This document shows positions 1 to 10,979 of a DNA stretch of 64,000 nucleotides, in pieces. The DNA comes from an uncultured Methanoregulaceae archaeon. Its GTDB lineage: Archaea; Halobacteriota; Methanomicrobia; Methanomicrobiales; Methanospirillaceae. The stretch spans positions 2,016,001 to 2,080,000 of the forward strand of contig OY969564.1 of assembly GCA_963701095.1 (NCBI GenBank), in the 5' to 3' direction. How positions within the stretch are numbered: position 1 is the first letter of the stretch; each line of letters starts with the position of its first letter. The position numbers were made by a program, and so were the translations under genes. The notes under the pieces are model-generated. The model made no database searches and had not been told where the DNA came from. It saw only the letters and a program-made list of their open reading frames with translations.

Positions 1-2309
1 GCTCTGCCATATATACTCAAACACGTAACAACCGGCATCATCGACCTTGAAACAGGCATCGAAAGGGGTGAGGGATCCGGAAGGATGGGAGGAAAGAAAT
101 TCCACCTGTCGAGCCCGGTTCCGGATGGTACTGCGGTAGTTAAACTCAAAAACAGGTACGGTACCGGAACGGTCAAAGACGGTTATGTCCGGGTAAGAGA
201 ACTGGCGCCAATCGATCCCAGGACTGGCGCTAACCCGGACTGGGAACAAGTAGTCCAGCAGAACCGGTATCATTTAAAAAACCTGGAACGCCATAGCGTT
301 CGCATGATTAAACACCATATACATGACCGCCCAGTATGCAATGTCTCATTCTCCGGTGGAAAAGACAGCACAGCGGTCCTTACCCTCGCACGCAAGGCCG
401 GGGTGAAGGATGCGTTCTTTCTTGATACCGGTATCGAGTTTCCCGAGACGGTTGCTTTTGTGAAATCGCAGGGAGTACCGGTCATAGAAAAAGCCGGGGA
501 CTTTTTTTTAGCTGCAGAGAAAGCCGGGCCCCGGGAAAAGATAACCGGTGGTGCTGCAAACTCCTGAAACTCCGCCCGCTCAAACTTCACCTGGAAGATG
601 TTGGTCCCTGCGTTACAGTTCAGGGCAACCGGTGGTATGAGTCATGGAACAGGGCAGCGCTCGAAGAGACCAGCCAAAATCCGGCAAATCCGCTCCAGCT
701 TAATATCTCACCAATACGAAACTGGCGGGCTCTTGAGGTTTTTCTCTATCTCTGGTGGCAGAAAGTAGACATAAACCCGCTCTACGAGCGGGGAATAGAA
801 CGAATCGGGTGCTATGTCTGCCCTTCCATGCTCGAAAGTGAGTACGAAGTGCTCCGGGATATGTACCCGGACTATGCCCGACGCTGGGACGCGTTTCTTG
901 AGTCTCACGCAAAAAAGAGGGGGCTTCCCGACGCGTTCCACCAGTGGGGACTCTGGCGCTGGAAAGCATTACCGCCCAAAATGCGGGAGCTCTGCCGGGA
1001 CCAGGGTATCCCGGTGCGGGACGATTATACGTTGCAGGCAGAACCTCCTCTGGAACGGGAAGAAATGGTTGAAATAACAGGTGAAAGAATCATGGAACCG
1101 GAAATGGTAGCACAGGAAAGCAGGGAATATAATGTGGAAAATATCCGGAGGGACTTTCCTATTCTTGGGGATAGTGAAATCATTTACCTTGACAATGCCG
1201 CGACCAGTTTTTCCCCTCAACCCGTGATTACCGCGATGGTTGAGTTCGAGCACCGGTACCGGGCTAACGTAGGCCGGGGTGTCCACCGCCTTACGAGCAT
1301 CGCAAGCCAGCGGTATTGGCACGCCCACGAGAAAGTTGCGGAATTCATCTCCGGGAAAGACGGGGTTACCGTTTTTACGAAAAATACGACTGAATCGGTG
1401 AACATGGTCGCCCAGGGACTTACCTGGAAATCTGGCGACAGGGTCGTCACTACGCTTCTCGAACATCACTCGAACCTTCTTCCCTGGCGCCGGCTTGCCA
1501 GGCAAGGTGTATCAACAGATATTATTGGTATCAATCCGTCGTATTCGCTCGATCTTACCGCACTGGAAACGGCTATTACGGATTTCACCCGGCTCGTTGC
1601 GGTCACCCAGGCTTCAAATGTCCTGGGTGTCGTTACGCCGGTAAAGGATATTGCAAAAATCTGCCATGACCATGACGCACTCCTTCTGGTCGATGGTGCG
1701 CAGGCCGTTCCACACATGCCGGTAAATGTTGAGGACATTGGGTGCGATTTCTACTGTTTCTCCGGGCATAAGATGTCTGGCCCCACCGGCACCGGTGTTC
1801 TTTGGATGAAAGAGCCTTGTATTGAACCGCTGATGGTTGGTGGGGGCATGGTAGAAGCGGTCAGTTCAGAAGGATACACGCTTGCCAAAGGCTACCAACA
1901 GTACCAGGCAGGTACACCTAATATTGCCGGGGGGATCGGTCTTGGCGCAGCCGTAGACTACCTTCAAGTGATCGGTATAGAAAAAATCCACTGGCACGAG
2001 AAAGATCTTACCGACCGTCTGATTGCGGGGCTTAGCCGGAACAACCGAGTCCACGTGTATGCCTCGCAGGATCCGGCCAGCAGGATAGGTGTTGTCTCCT
2101 TTACGGTTGACGGGTACCATCCGCATGAAGTAGCTCAACAGCTTGACGAAGCGGCAGACATCATGGTGAGGTCCGGCCACCACTGTTGTCAACCACTTGT
2201 AGAAAGTCTGGGTCTCCCAGACGGTACTGTCAGGGCAAGTCTTGCCTACTATAATACCCGGCAGGAGATCGATCTGCTCATAGCCACGCTCAGCGAGCTT
2301 ACCCGGTGA
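1..2309 (+). CDS. PAPS/APS reductase-family domain fused to a SufS-type cysteine desulfurase (5' truncated by window; apparent frameshift near 530)
   Basis: Frame open from base 1 with PP-loop SFSGGKDS. After a shift near 530 the next frame reads [10 protein letters not shown]...[10 protein letters not shown] and runs into ORF 828..2309 with YLDNAAT, FSGHK (PLP Lys) and RSGHHC (SufS catalytic Cys). Confidence 0.85.
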
Positions 2310-3113
2310 TTATCATGGACAATCAGATTTTTTCCGCTCTTCTATCGCAGGCTAGGAAACAACGCCCTCTTGTCCACCATATTACAAATTACGTGACCGT
2401 TAATGACTGCGCAAATATCACCATCTGTGCAGGAGGAGCTCCGGTGATGGCAGATGCATGGGAAGAGGCAGGAGAGATGGCTGCTCTTTCAAGTGCCCTT
2501 GTTCTTAACATAGGGACTCTTAATTCAGGGATCATCAAAAGTATGATTTTCGCCGGGAAAATGGCAAACGAACGTAAGATCCCGATTGTCCTCGATCCGG
2601 TTGGCGCAGGAGCCACACGGTTCAGGACGGAGAGCTGCCGGCGACTCCTTGATGAATTGACTATTGCCACTGTCAAGGGAAACGCCGGGGAGATTGGGGT
2701 GCTTGCCGGTGTAGACTCAAAGGTACGGGGAGTTGATTCTGAAGGGATGAAAGGTGATCCGGTAACGGTAGCCCGGACATTTGCCCGCAATGCAGGAATT
2801 ACGGTAGTCATAAGCGGGGCAACCGACATCATCACTGATGGAGAACGTGTTCTCCTGGTTGAAAACGGCCACCCCATGATGGGCACACTTTCCGGGACTG
2901 GTTGTATGGCGACATCAATAACCGGCGTCTGCGCAGCAGTAAGCGATGATAGGGTGATAGCAGCAGCAACAGCCCTTGCAGCGTTTGGTCTTGCCGGAGA
3001 ACGGGCAGCAGAAAAAAGCCGGGTCCGGGTCCTTTAAATCGGCGCTTTTTGATGAAATGGCAGTACTCGCACCGGCAGACCTCCTTGCCGGTGCCCGGAT
3101 AAAATATGGCTGA
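2306..3113 (+). CDS. thiM: Hydroxyethylthiazole kinase (apparent frameshift near 3015; shifted frame ends [13 protein letters not shown]...ARIKYG*)
   Basis: [33 protein letters not shown] and GTGC motifs; adjacent to thiE. Confidence 0.92.
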
Positions 3114-3122
3114 AAAGAAGTC

Positions 3123-3782
3123 ATGAATCTCGAACTCTACGTTATCACTGATGAAGGAATCGCCAAAGGACGTACTCATGCAGAGATTGCACGTCTTGCC
3201 TGTGATGGCGGAGCAGATGCGATACAGCTGCGGGACAAATACTGCAGTTCTGAGAATCTATGCAGCATCGGCCGGGAGATTCGGGCAATAACCCGAAGGA
3301 CCGGGACAGTCTTTATTGTGAACGACCGGCTGGATATTGCACTTGCTTGCGGAGCAGACGGGGTTCACTTAGGCCAGGATGACCTCAAGGTAGATCTGGC
3401 ACGGCAGAAGGCACCCCGGCCTTTCATTATCGGTGTTTCGGTGGGAAATTCCGGAGAAGCTGTGGCAGCGGAAAGAGGCGGAGCGGATTATGTTGCCGTT
3501 AGCCCGGTCTTTGCCACAGTTTCGAAGATTGACGCCGGACCGGGGCGTGGGCTTGCAATGATTAAACAAATCAAAAGCGTGGTTTCGATCCCGGTTATAG
3601 CCATAGGTGGAATAAATTGTGATAATGTCGAAGAAGTGATCGCATCCGGTGCTGATGGCGTTGCGGTGATTTCAGTGGTAGTTGGTCAACCAGACATCAC
3701 TGCAGCCAGTCGCGATCTCAAAAAACGGATCACAGCAGCAAAACAAAGTCGCACGAGACTGAAAGCGATAAACCCCGATTGA
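3123..3782 (+). CDS. thiE: Thiamine-phosphate synthase
   Basis: LYVITD, QLRDK, IVNDR, GVHLGQDD and AIGGI motifs. Confidence 0.95.
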   Translation: MNLELYVITDEGIAKGRTHAEIARLACDGGADAIQLRDKYCSSENLCSIGREIRAITRRTGTVFIVNDRLDIALACGADGVHLGQDDLKVDLARQKAPRPFIIGVSVGNSGEAVAAERGGADYVAVSPVFATVSKIDAGPGRGLAMIKQIKSVVSIPVIAIGGINCDNVEEVIASGADGVAVISVVVGQPDITAASRDLKKRITAAKQSRTRLKAINPD

Positions 3783-3894
3783 AAACTCTTTTCCAGTACT
3801 TTCCGATCGTTTCATTTTTTGTTTCAAAATCTGGTTTTTGAAAAAGGCTCTATACCTCAAAGAGGAGGAGATAACGTCAGCAAGGAGATGTACG

Positions 3895-4023
3895 ATGAAA
3901 AATATGGCAATCAATGTTCTTGATCGAATAGGAAGGCTTGCGCTGAGGCGAAGTATTGAAGATCCTTCGGAAAATTTCCAGATTACTGCAGCAAATTCGT
4001 CGACATCCATGTATGCCTTATAA
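3895..4023 (+). pseudogene. Short relic resembling the N-terminus of a bacterial-type (class I) GAPDH
   Basis: MAINVLDRIGRLALRR resembles the class I GAPDH motif AINGFGRIGRL with the glycines lost. Preceded by AAGGAG; only 42 codons. Confidence 0.5.
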
Positions 4024-4045
4024 AGATCCACGAGGAGATTTTAGC

Positions 4046-6466
4046 ATGAGTACAGCAAAATACATCCGCTGGTTTGCGGAGATCAGGAACGAGGATGTCG
4101 CCAGTGTGGGAGGCAAGAACGCCTCGCTTGGCGAAATGTACCAGGATCTGACAAAGGTTGGGGTAAAAATCCCCAATGGTTTTGCCATTACCGCTGATGC
4201 ATACTGGAGAGTCGTAAAAACCGGTGATGTCATTGACAGGCTCAGAGACAATCTGGCCGATCTCGATAAGACAAGTCTCTCCAATCTGGAAGGACGGGGA
4301 AAAAAGGCACGAGACCTGATCCTCGGTGCAGGTATACCTGATGACATCTGGGCCGAGGTCCAGACTGCCTACGACAAGCTCTGTGAGGAGTACGGACCTG
4401 AAACCGATGTTGCGGTCAGGAGCTCTGCTACAGCGGAAGATCTCCCCACGGCATCATTTGCCGGCCAACAGGAAACTTACCTTAACATCAGAGGATATCA
4501 ATCACTACGGGAGGCATGCAGTAAATGCTTTGCCTCTCTCTTTACCGACCGGGCAATATCTTACCGGATCGACCAGAATTTTGACCACTTCAAGGTTGCT
4601 CTTTCTATCGGGATTATGAAGATGATCCGTTCTGATATGGCGTCGAGCGGCGTGATCTTTACTCTGGACACCGAGACCGGGTTCCGGGACGTTGTTTTTA
4701 TTACGGGCTCTTACGGTCTTGGCGAGAATATTGTACAGGGTGCCGTTAATCCGGACGAGTTCTATGTGTTTAAACCGACGGCGAGGACCGGGTACAGGGC
4801 CATTATCCGAAAAAACCTTGGCGATAAAAAGATCAAGATGATTTACGGTCAGGGCACTTCCAAGGTACTAACGAGAAATGTTGAAGTCCCCGAATCAGAT
4901 AGCCGGCGTTTCTGTATCACTGATGACGAGATTCTTAAACTGGCTCAGTTTGCCATCAAGATCGAGGAACATTATTCACAAAAGGCGCACCAGTCCGTCC
5001 CGATGGACATCGAATGGGCAAAAGATGGGATCTCCGGAGATTTGTTCATCGTCCAGGCACGTCCCGAAACCGTCCACTCTCAGGAGGCAATGGATCTCCT
5101 AATAACCTACCACCTGGAGCAGCGGGGGAAGGTTCTTGCAACGGGAAAAGGTGTCGGGGAAAAGATCGCTACCGGTAAAGCACGGGTTATTGCAGATGTT
5201 AGCCATCTTGGCGAGTTCCGCCCTGGGGAAATTCTGGTTGCTGACACGACAAATCCCGACTGGGAACCGGTCATGAAGACCGCTGCAGCAATCATTACCA
5301 ACCGCGGCGGAAGGACCTGCCACGCAGCCATAGTAAGTCGTGAGCTCGGGGTTGCGGCTGTTGTCGGGACTAACGATGCTACGGAAAAGATCAGAACCGG
5401 GCAGGACGTGACCGTCAATTGTTCAGAGGGAGATGAAGGGGTTGTTTACGAAGGCATCCTTCCGTTCCATATCGAAAAAGTATCCTTAAAAGATCTCAGG
5501 CGACCGAAAACAATGATAATGATCAACCTCGGTGAGCCGGATCAGGCCTTTGCCCTTTCGATGGTTCCCAACGATGGTATCGGGCTTGCCCGGATGGAGT
5601 TTGTCATCAATAATTACATCAAAATCCACCCGATGGCGCTCGTCCATCCGGAGAAAGTCACTGATGAGACAGTTAAAGCAAAGATAGGAGATCTTACGTA
5701 CGGTTACGGAGATCAGGAAGATTATTTTGTAGAGAAACTATCGCAGGGGATCGGAACGATTGCCGCCGCTTTCTACCCAAAACCTGTGGTTGTCCGGATG
5801 AGCGACTTCAAGACCAACGAATATGCCGATCTTCTGGGAGGGAAATATTTCGAGCCCGAAGAATCAAACCCGATGCTCGGCTTCCGCGGAGCATCACGAT
5901 ATTACGATGAGAAATACCGTGAAGGTTTTGCTCTTGAATGCCAGGCAATGAAACGGGTGCTCAATGAAATGGGTCTGACGAACCTGATCATCATGATCCC
6001 GTTCTGCAGAACGGTCAGTGAAGGTGAAAAAGTGCTGGCCGAAATGGCAAAGAACGGTCTAGTGCGGGGTAAGAACGGGCTCCTGGTTTATGTTATGTGC
6101 GAGATTCCCAATAACATCCTCCTCATCGATGAATTCAGCAAATTGTTCGACGGGTTCTCGATTGGATCGAACGACCTGACCCAGCTTACTCTCGGGGTTG
6201 ATCGTGATTCCATGGTAGTCGCCCACGATTTCGATGAACGGGATCCCGGTGTGATGAAATTTGTATCTATGGCGGTGCAGGGTGCCAAGAGAAACGGCCG
6301 TCATTCCGGCCTTTGTGGACAGGCGCCCAGCGATTATCCGGAATTTGCCGAGTTCCTCGTACGGGAAGGCATAGAATCAATTTCCCTCAACCCGGACTCC
6401 GTGATGAAAATCACCCAGAAAGTGGTTGCACTTGAGGAACATATGAACCAGAAGAGAATGAAATGA
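4046..6466 (+). CDS. ppsA: Phosphoenolpyruvate synthase (pyruvate, water dikinase)
   Basis: VGGKNASLGEM, AVRSSATAED, GGRTCHAAIVSRE (phospho-His) and SIGSNDLTQ; GAGGAG before ATG 4046. Confidence 0.96.
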   Translation: MSTAKYIRWFAEIRNEDVASVGGKNASLGEMYQDLTKVGVKIPNGFAITADAYWRVVKTGDVIDRLRDNLADLDKTSLSNLEGRGKKARDLILGAGIPDDIWAEVQTAYDKLCEEYGPETDVAVRSSATAEDLPTASFAGQQETYLNIRGYQSLREACSKCFASLFTDRAISYRIDQNFDHFKVALSIGIMKMIRSDMASSGVIFTLDTETGFRDVVFITGSYGLGENIVQGAVNPDEFYVFKPTARTGYRAIIRKNLGDKKIKMIYGQGTSKVLTRNVEVPESDSRRFCITDDEILKLAQFAIKIEEHYSQKAHQSVPMDIEWAKDGISGDLFIVQARPETVHSQEAMDLLITYHLEQRGKVLATGKGVGEKIATGKARVIADVSHLGEFRPGEILVADTTNPDWEPVMKTAAAIITNRGGRTCHAAIVSRELGVAAVVGTNDATEKIRTGQDVTVNCSEGDEGVVYEGILPFHIEKVSLKDLRRPKTMIMINLGEPDQAFALSMVPNDGIGLARMEFVINNYIKIHPMALVHPEKVTDETVKAKIGDLTYGYGDQEDYFVEKLSQGIGTIAAAFYPKPVVVRMSDFKTNEYADLLGGKYFEPEESNPMLGFRGASRYYDEKYREGFALECQAMKRVLNEMGLTNLIIMIPFCRTVSEGEKVLAEMAKNGLVRGKNGLLVYVMCEIPNNILLIDEFSKLFDGFSIGSNDLTQLTLGVDRDSMVVAHDFDERDPGVMKFVSMAVQGAKRNGRHSGLCGQAPSDYPEFAEFLVREGIESISLNPDSVMKITQKVVALEEHMNQKRMK

Positions 6467-6503
6467 GAAAATTATTTTCATTCGGTAACCGGAACTCAAT
6501 GTA

Positions 6504-7391
6504 ATGCCAAAGAACAGGGAATCATTTCAGGATCTCTCGAAGGTCCGGCTGACCAACCTCAACAAAATTTTGTACCCGGCAGAAGGGATCACTAAAGAGG
6601 AGGTGATCACCTATTATATCCGGAATGCACCTCGTATGCTTCCGTTCCTCCACAACCGGCCGCTGACTATGCACCGGTTCCCGGAAGGTTTCGGTGGTGA
6701 AGATTTCTTCGAAAAGGATGCACCCCGGGGAACTCCTGATTATGTGGAAATATTTGCCCGGTGGTCAGAGACTACCCAACGCGAGGTCCACTTTATAGTC
6801 TGCAACAATCTTGACACGCTCATCTGGATAGCTAATCTTGCCTCGCTGGAGATTCACATTGCGCTTTCTACAACTTCAGCCTTTGAAACCCCGGATATTC
6901 TCTTGGTTGACATTGATCCGGAACCGCCCATCCCGTTTGATGAGGTTATAGATGTAGCACATGTTGTCCGCGAGCATCTCGAAAACGAGGGGATTCACCC
7001 GTACGTGAAAACATCAGGAAAAAAAGGACTGCATATAGTCGTCCCGCTCATATCAGGGTACCGGTTTGGTGAAGTCCGGGAGTTCGTTCATAGTATCGGG
7101 AGATCAATTTCCAGGGAAATACCACATGTGGTTTCGGAATTTCCACAATCCCAAGATCCCGGGACTATTTTTATCGATTACCTTCAGAACGCTCATGGTA
7201 AAACCATGGTTGCTCCCTACAGCATGAGAGGAAGCCCGGAGGCGACGGTCTCAACACCTCTCCATTGGGGGGACCTTGTGCATGGTGTCCGTCCCGAAGA
7301 TTTTAATATCCGGACACTGAATCCAGCACACGAAGATCCATGGAGGGATATCTTTGAAAACAGGCAGTCCATCGGGAAGTCCGCCAAATAA
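6504..7391 (+). CDS. NHEJ primase-polymerase (LigD POL domain)
   Basis: LTNLNKILYP, HRFPEG, FFEK, DIDP, KTSGKKGLHIV, FIDYLQN and APYSMR motifs. Confidence 0.92.
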   Translation: MPKNRESFQDLSKVRLTNLNKILYPAEGITKEEVITYYIRNAPRMLPFLHNRPLTMHRFPEGFGGEDFFEKDAPRGTPDYVEIFARWSETTQREVHFIVCNNLDTLIWIANLASLEIHIALSTTSAFETPDILLVDIDPEPPIPFDEVIDVAHVVREHLENEGIHPYVKTSGKKGLHIVVPLISGYRFGEVREFVHSIGRSISREIPHVVSEFPQSQDPGTIFIDYLQNAHGKTMVAPYSMRGSPEATVSTPLHWGDLVHGVRPEDFNIRTLNPAHEDPWRDIFENRQSIGKSAK

Positions 7392-8375
7392 GCGATCGAC
7401 TGAAAAGAAATCATCACGGGAAACCCAAAAAGGCAAAGAAACTCCTGTACTTGGAGATTCGAATTTAAAACAACCTTCTCGGGACTATGTTCTGGAAAAA
7501 GTGCCACTCTCTTCATCAGAAACAGGAAACAAAAACAGAAAAAAAGAACTCGTTCAATCTGCCTCCAACGATCAGCATACCAGCGACTCTACGTTGCGGA
7601 ACGTAGGAAGACCTTTCTGGAGCGGCTCGATAACTATCGGTCTCATTAACATACCGGTCCGGCTCAATACGATGTTCAGGGATCGGTCGTTCTCATTCCG
7701 TTTGCTCCATCGCGAAGATGGACAATTGCTCAGGTACAACAGGGTCTGTTCCCGGGATGGCGTTGTAGTCCCCTGGGAAGATACCGTGAAGGGGTACGAG
7801 ATCAGGAAAGGAGAGTTTATTGTCTTTACAAACGAGGAGCTCGAAAGCTGCAGCGCCGGAATCAGATCGCAAGATCAGAATCGGAAAGTTCGTGCATTAT
7901 CTCTCGCTTGATCCGATGTATTTTGACACATCCTATGTCCTAACCCCGGATCGTAGCGAGGAAGCCTATAATCTTTTTGCTTCGACTCTTATGGACCTTA
8001 GTATGGCAGCGGCCGGGTCCATTACCCTCCGTACCAAAGAATATCCTGTCGTGGTTCATTTCTATCGGGGAGGCCTTGTCCTCACCACTCTTCGTTACGC
8101 AGAAGAGGTCATTCCTCCGCAGGCATTTACCGATCTTGCTAATCTCCCGGCACCACAAGAATCTGAAATTGCCCTTGCAAAACGAATCGTCACCGAGCTT
8201 ACCGGAGATTTTTCTATAGACGAATATCAGGACCATTACCGCAAAGCTATCGTGGATCTTATAGAAAAGAAACGTGCAGGAGAAAAGGTTGTCTACGAAG
8301 AACCGCATCCCGAAGAAGCTGAAAGAGCTTATGCAGGCCCTCAAAGAAACCCTTGCTACCCTTGCTACAAAGTGA
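7354..8375 (+). CDS. ku: Ku protein (start uncertain; apparent frameshifts near 7845 and 8320)
   Basis: RPFWSGSITIGLINIPVRL, VKGYE, DPMYFDTSYVL, LTTLRYAEEV and EYQDHYR motifs. The shifted frame ends ELMQALKETLATLATK* (TGA 8373-8375), matching the Ku C-terminal motif. Confidence 0.88.
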
Positions 8376-8391
8376 TCCGGTTCGGGTAGAA

Positions 8392-9914
8392 ATGAAGACA
8401 CTATATCTGCCGATGCTTGCAAAAACTGCAAAAGGTCCTTTCAGCAGCAACGATTGGGTATTTGAGGTCAAATGGGACGGTGTCAGGGCAATTGCCTACA
8501 TTAATTACACACTATCTCTTAAGAGTCGTAACGGTCGTGAACTTGCCGGGCAGTTCCCGGAACTGAGTGTGCTTTCGACCCTTGCCCCGGGTATGTACTC
8601 GATGGAGAGATCGTCGCAATGACCCGGGGGAAACCCGATATCCAGGCTCTTCTTCCCCGTTTGCAAACCAAAACGATAAGACCTGGACTGGAACCAAATC
8701 CAGTTACCTACATTGTTTTTGATATTCTTGAAAAAGAGGGGAAGTCCTTGACCGGATTGACTTTTACTGACCGGAGGAAAATTCTTGAAGAGGCAGTAAG
8801 AGAAGGGTCTCATGTAGTACTATCCCGTCCCGTGGAATCGAGGGGAGAAGAATACTACCAGACCGCTGTGGCACAGGGACTTGAAGGTATAATTGCAAAA
8901 CGCAAAGACAGCCGGTACGATCAGGGCCTGCGGAGCGAGGGATGGCTTAAGATAAAGGCGCAGAAGACCTGCGATTGTGTGATTGCCGGATACACTATGG
9001 GGAAGGGGGGACGAGGAGTCTCGTTTGGATCCCTACTGCTTGGTTTGTATGATCCAGATAGCGCAGGGAAACTGGTTTTTATCGGAAAAGTCGGGACAGG
9101 GTTTTCGGTGCGCGATCAGGCGGACCTTATGGAATTATTCTCGGCGCTGGAGACTTCAACCCCAAGTCTTACTGGAGCTGATCGAACGTACGGGATAACC
9201 TGGCTGAGACAAGAGCTTGTATGCGAAGTAGCATACCAGGAAATGACGCGAGACAGAAAACTAAGAATACCCCGGTTTATCAGGGTACGGTTAGATAAAA
9301 AAGCCGCAGATTGCACGATTGACCAATTAACTGATGGCGTTAATGTGCCTGGAAAAGCTACTCTGGCAGAAAATAAAGTCCAAAAAAGAGAAGATTACAA
9401 TAACGATACTTCCGCGAGAAAACGAACGGAGAATGATGATCCGGTAAGAAAATCTATTGAATTGTCACTAAAAAACTATCAAGGGAGGCGGGATTTTTCT
9501 ATGACTCACGAACCATCGGGAAATGAAAAAAAGATTGGAGAAGGGAATTATTTTGTCGTTCATGAACATCACGCACGTCATCTTCACTATGATTTGCGCT
9601 TGGAACGTGAAGGCGTACTGAAGAGCTGGGCAGTCCCCAAAGGAATACCGGAGGCACCCGGAGAGAAACATCTTGCAGTGGCAGTAGAGGATCATCCTCT
9701 TGAATACCGGACCTTTGAAGGAACCATCCCCCAAGGAGAGTATGGGGCAGGTGCAGTTACGATCTGGGATAAAGGATGGTACACTACCCTGCAATGGGAT
9801 GATGAAAAGATTGAAATTATTTTCCATGGGGAACGGCTGAATGGCCATTACGTGCTTGTCCGGTTCAAACGTGCTGGAAAATCCGAATGGCTGGTGTTCA
9901 AAACAGGAGGATAA
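8392..9914 (+). CDS. ligD: ATP-dependent NHEJ DNA ligase with C-terminal 3'-phosphoesterase (PE) domain (apparent frameshift near 8590)
   Basis: PMLA, EVKWDGVR (motif I), FDIL, EGIIAK and WLKIK; then PE motifs FVVHEHHARHLHYDLRLE, SWAVPKG, VEDHPLEY and YGAG. Confidence 0.92.
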
Positions 9915-9998
9915 AGATATCCCGGTGTTCTCCGGAACAGGATCAGGTAGGAATCTTCCATAGGTATTTCTATTGGGTAATATTGAGTGGCTTACTGT

Positions 9999-10442
9999 AT
10001 GACAGATCTACGGTTCTGGATTATTGTTGCATCAAGGGAACACGTAATGCTTGGTGTTGCCGGAGGGTTTGCTCAGGCCGGGCACGGAAAGAGAGCGGGA
10101 CTTGCGAGGATGAATGCCGGGGATTCCATTATTTACTACTCCCCGAAAGTAACCTATGAGGGAGACGAACCCCTGCATGCATTTACCGCTCTTGGAACCG
10201 TGGCAGATGACCAGATAGTGCAAATTGAGATGCACCCGGATTTCAAGCCATTCCGGCGAAACGTGAAGTACAAGTACACCGGGGAGATAAAGATCGAGCC
10301 GCTTATCAACGACCTTAATTTCATACGGAACAAGAAGTCATGGGGATATGCATTCCGTTTCGGTCTGCTTGAGATCCAGAAAGAAGATTTCGAAAGGATT
10401 AAGCAAAAATTCGAACAATCAGGACAACTTCGGAGCCAGTGA
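9999..10442 (+). CDS. EVE-domain (PUA-like) protein
   Basis: FWIIVASREHV...QAGHGK...GDSIIYYSP...WGYAFRFGLLEI pattern typical of EVE proteins. Confidence 0.8.
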   Translation: MTDLRFWIIVASREHVMLGVAGGFAQAGHGKRAGLARMNAGDSIIYYSPKVTYEGDEPLHAFTALGTVADDQIVQIEMHPDFKPFRRNVKYKYTGEIKIEPLINDLNFIRNKKSWGYAFRFGLLEIQKEDFERIKQKFEQSGQLRSQ

Positions 10443-10565
10443 TCCCATCATCAGGAAAGAGTCATCCGGTCTTGAGGAAGGTTGTCCAGAGCATAATTAG
10501 GGAAGAGATGGCAACGACCCGGTTATTTCATATCGGAAACAAAAATCAGTCTCACTAGTGGCAGA

Positions 10566-10979
10566 CTAACGAAACTCTATGAAATTGACTTCACTTTTTC
10601 GCTGGATTTTCCACAATGCTTCGGTCGCTTTTCCGCGGGTCAATTCATCATCGTCGGTTAATACCGTCTGATTAAGTGCATCAATCGCTTTTGTCGATGC
10701 TATTTCCCCGAGTGCCCAGGCTGCGACATGACGGACATAGGTATGGCGGTCTTTGAGGGCGTAGATGAGCGGATCAATAGATTTTTCTGATTTAATGCGC
10801 CCCAGGGCGCCAGCGGCAGAAGAACGAACAATTTCGTCCTTGTCGCACTTCAGCTTCAGGATCAGGAAGTCAACGAGTATTTCAGATTGATGATCGGTAT
10901 TCATATTATTATTCAAGCGATTTGTTTTGGGACTATCCAGATAGGGATTTTTTGGTTTATTCTGATTTTTTAAAACCAT
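10566..10979 (-). CDS. HEAT/PBS-lyase repeat protein (start may be 10904)
   Basis: Repeats VRSSAAGALGRI, VRHVAAWALGEI and TRGKATEALWKI. Confidence 0.75.
   Translation of the reverse strand: MVLKNQNKPKNPYLDSPKTNRLNNNMNTDHQSEILVDFLILKLKCDKDEIVRSSAAGALGRIKSEKSIDPLIYALKDRHTYVRHVAAWALGEIASTKAIDALNQTVLTDDDELTRGKATEALWKIQRKSEVNFIEFR

Noticed and set aside
8350..8368. Tandem 9-mer CCCTTGCTA x2
   Set aside because: Encodes TLATLA at the Ku C-terminus; too short to be meaningful.
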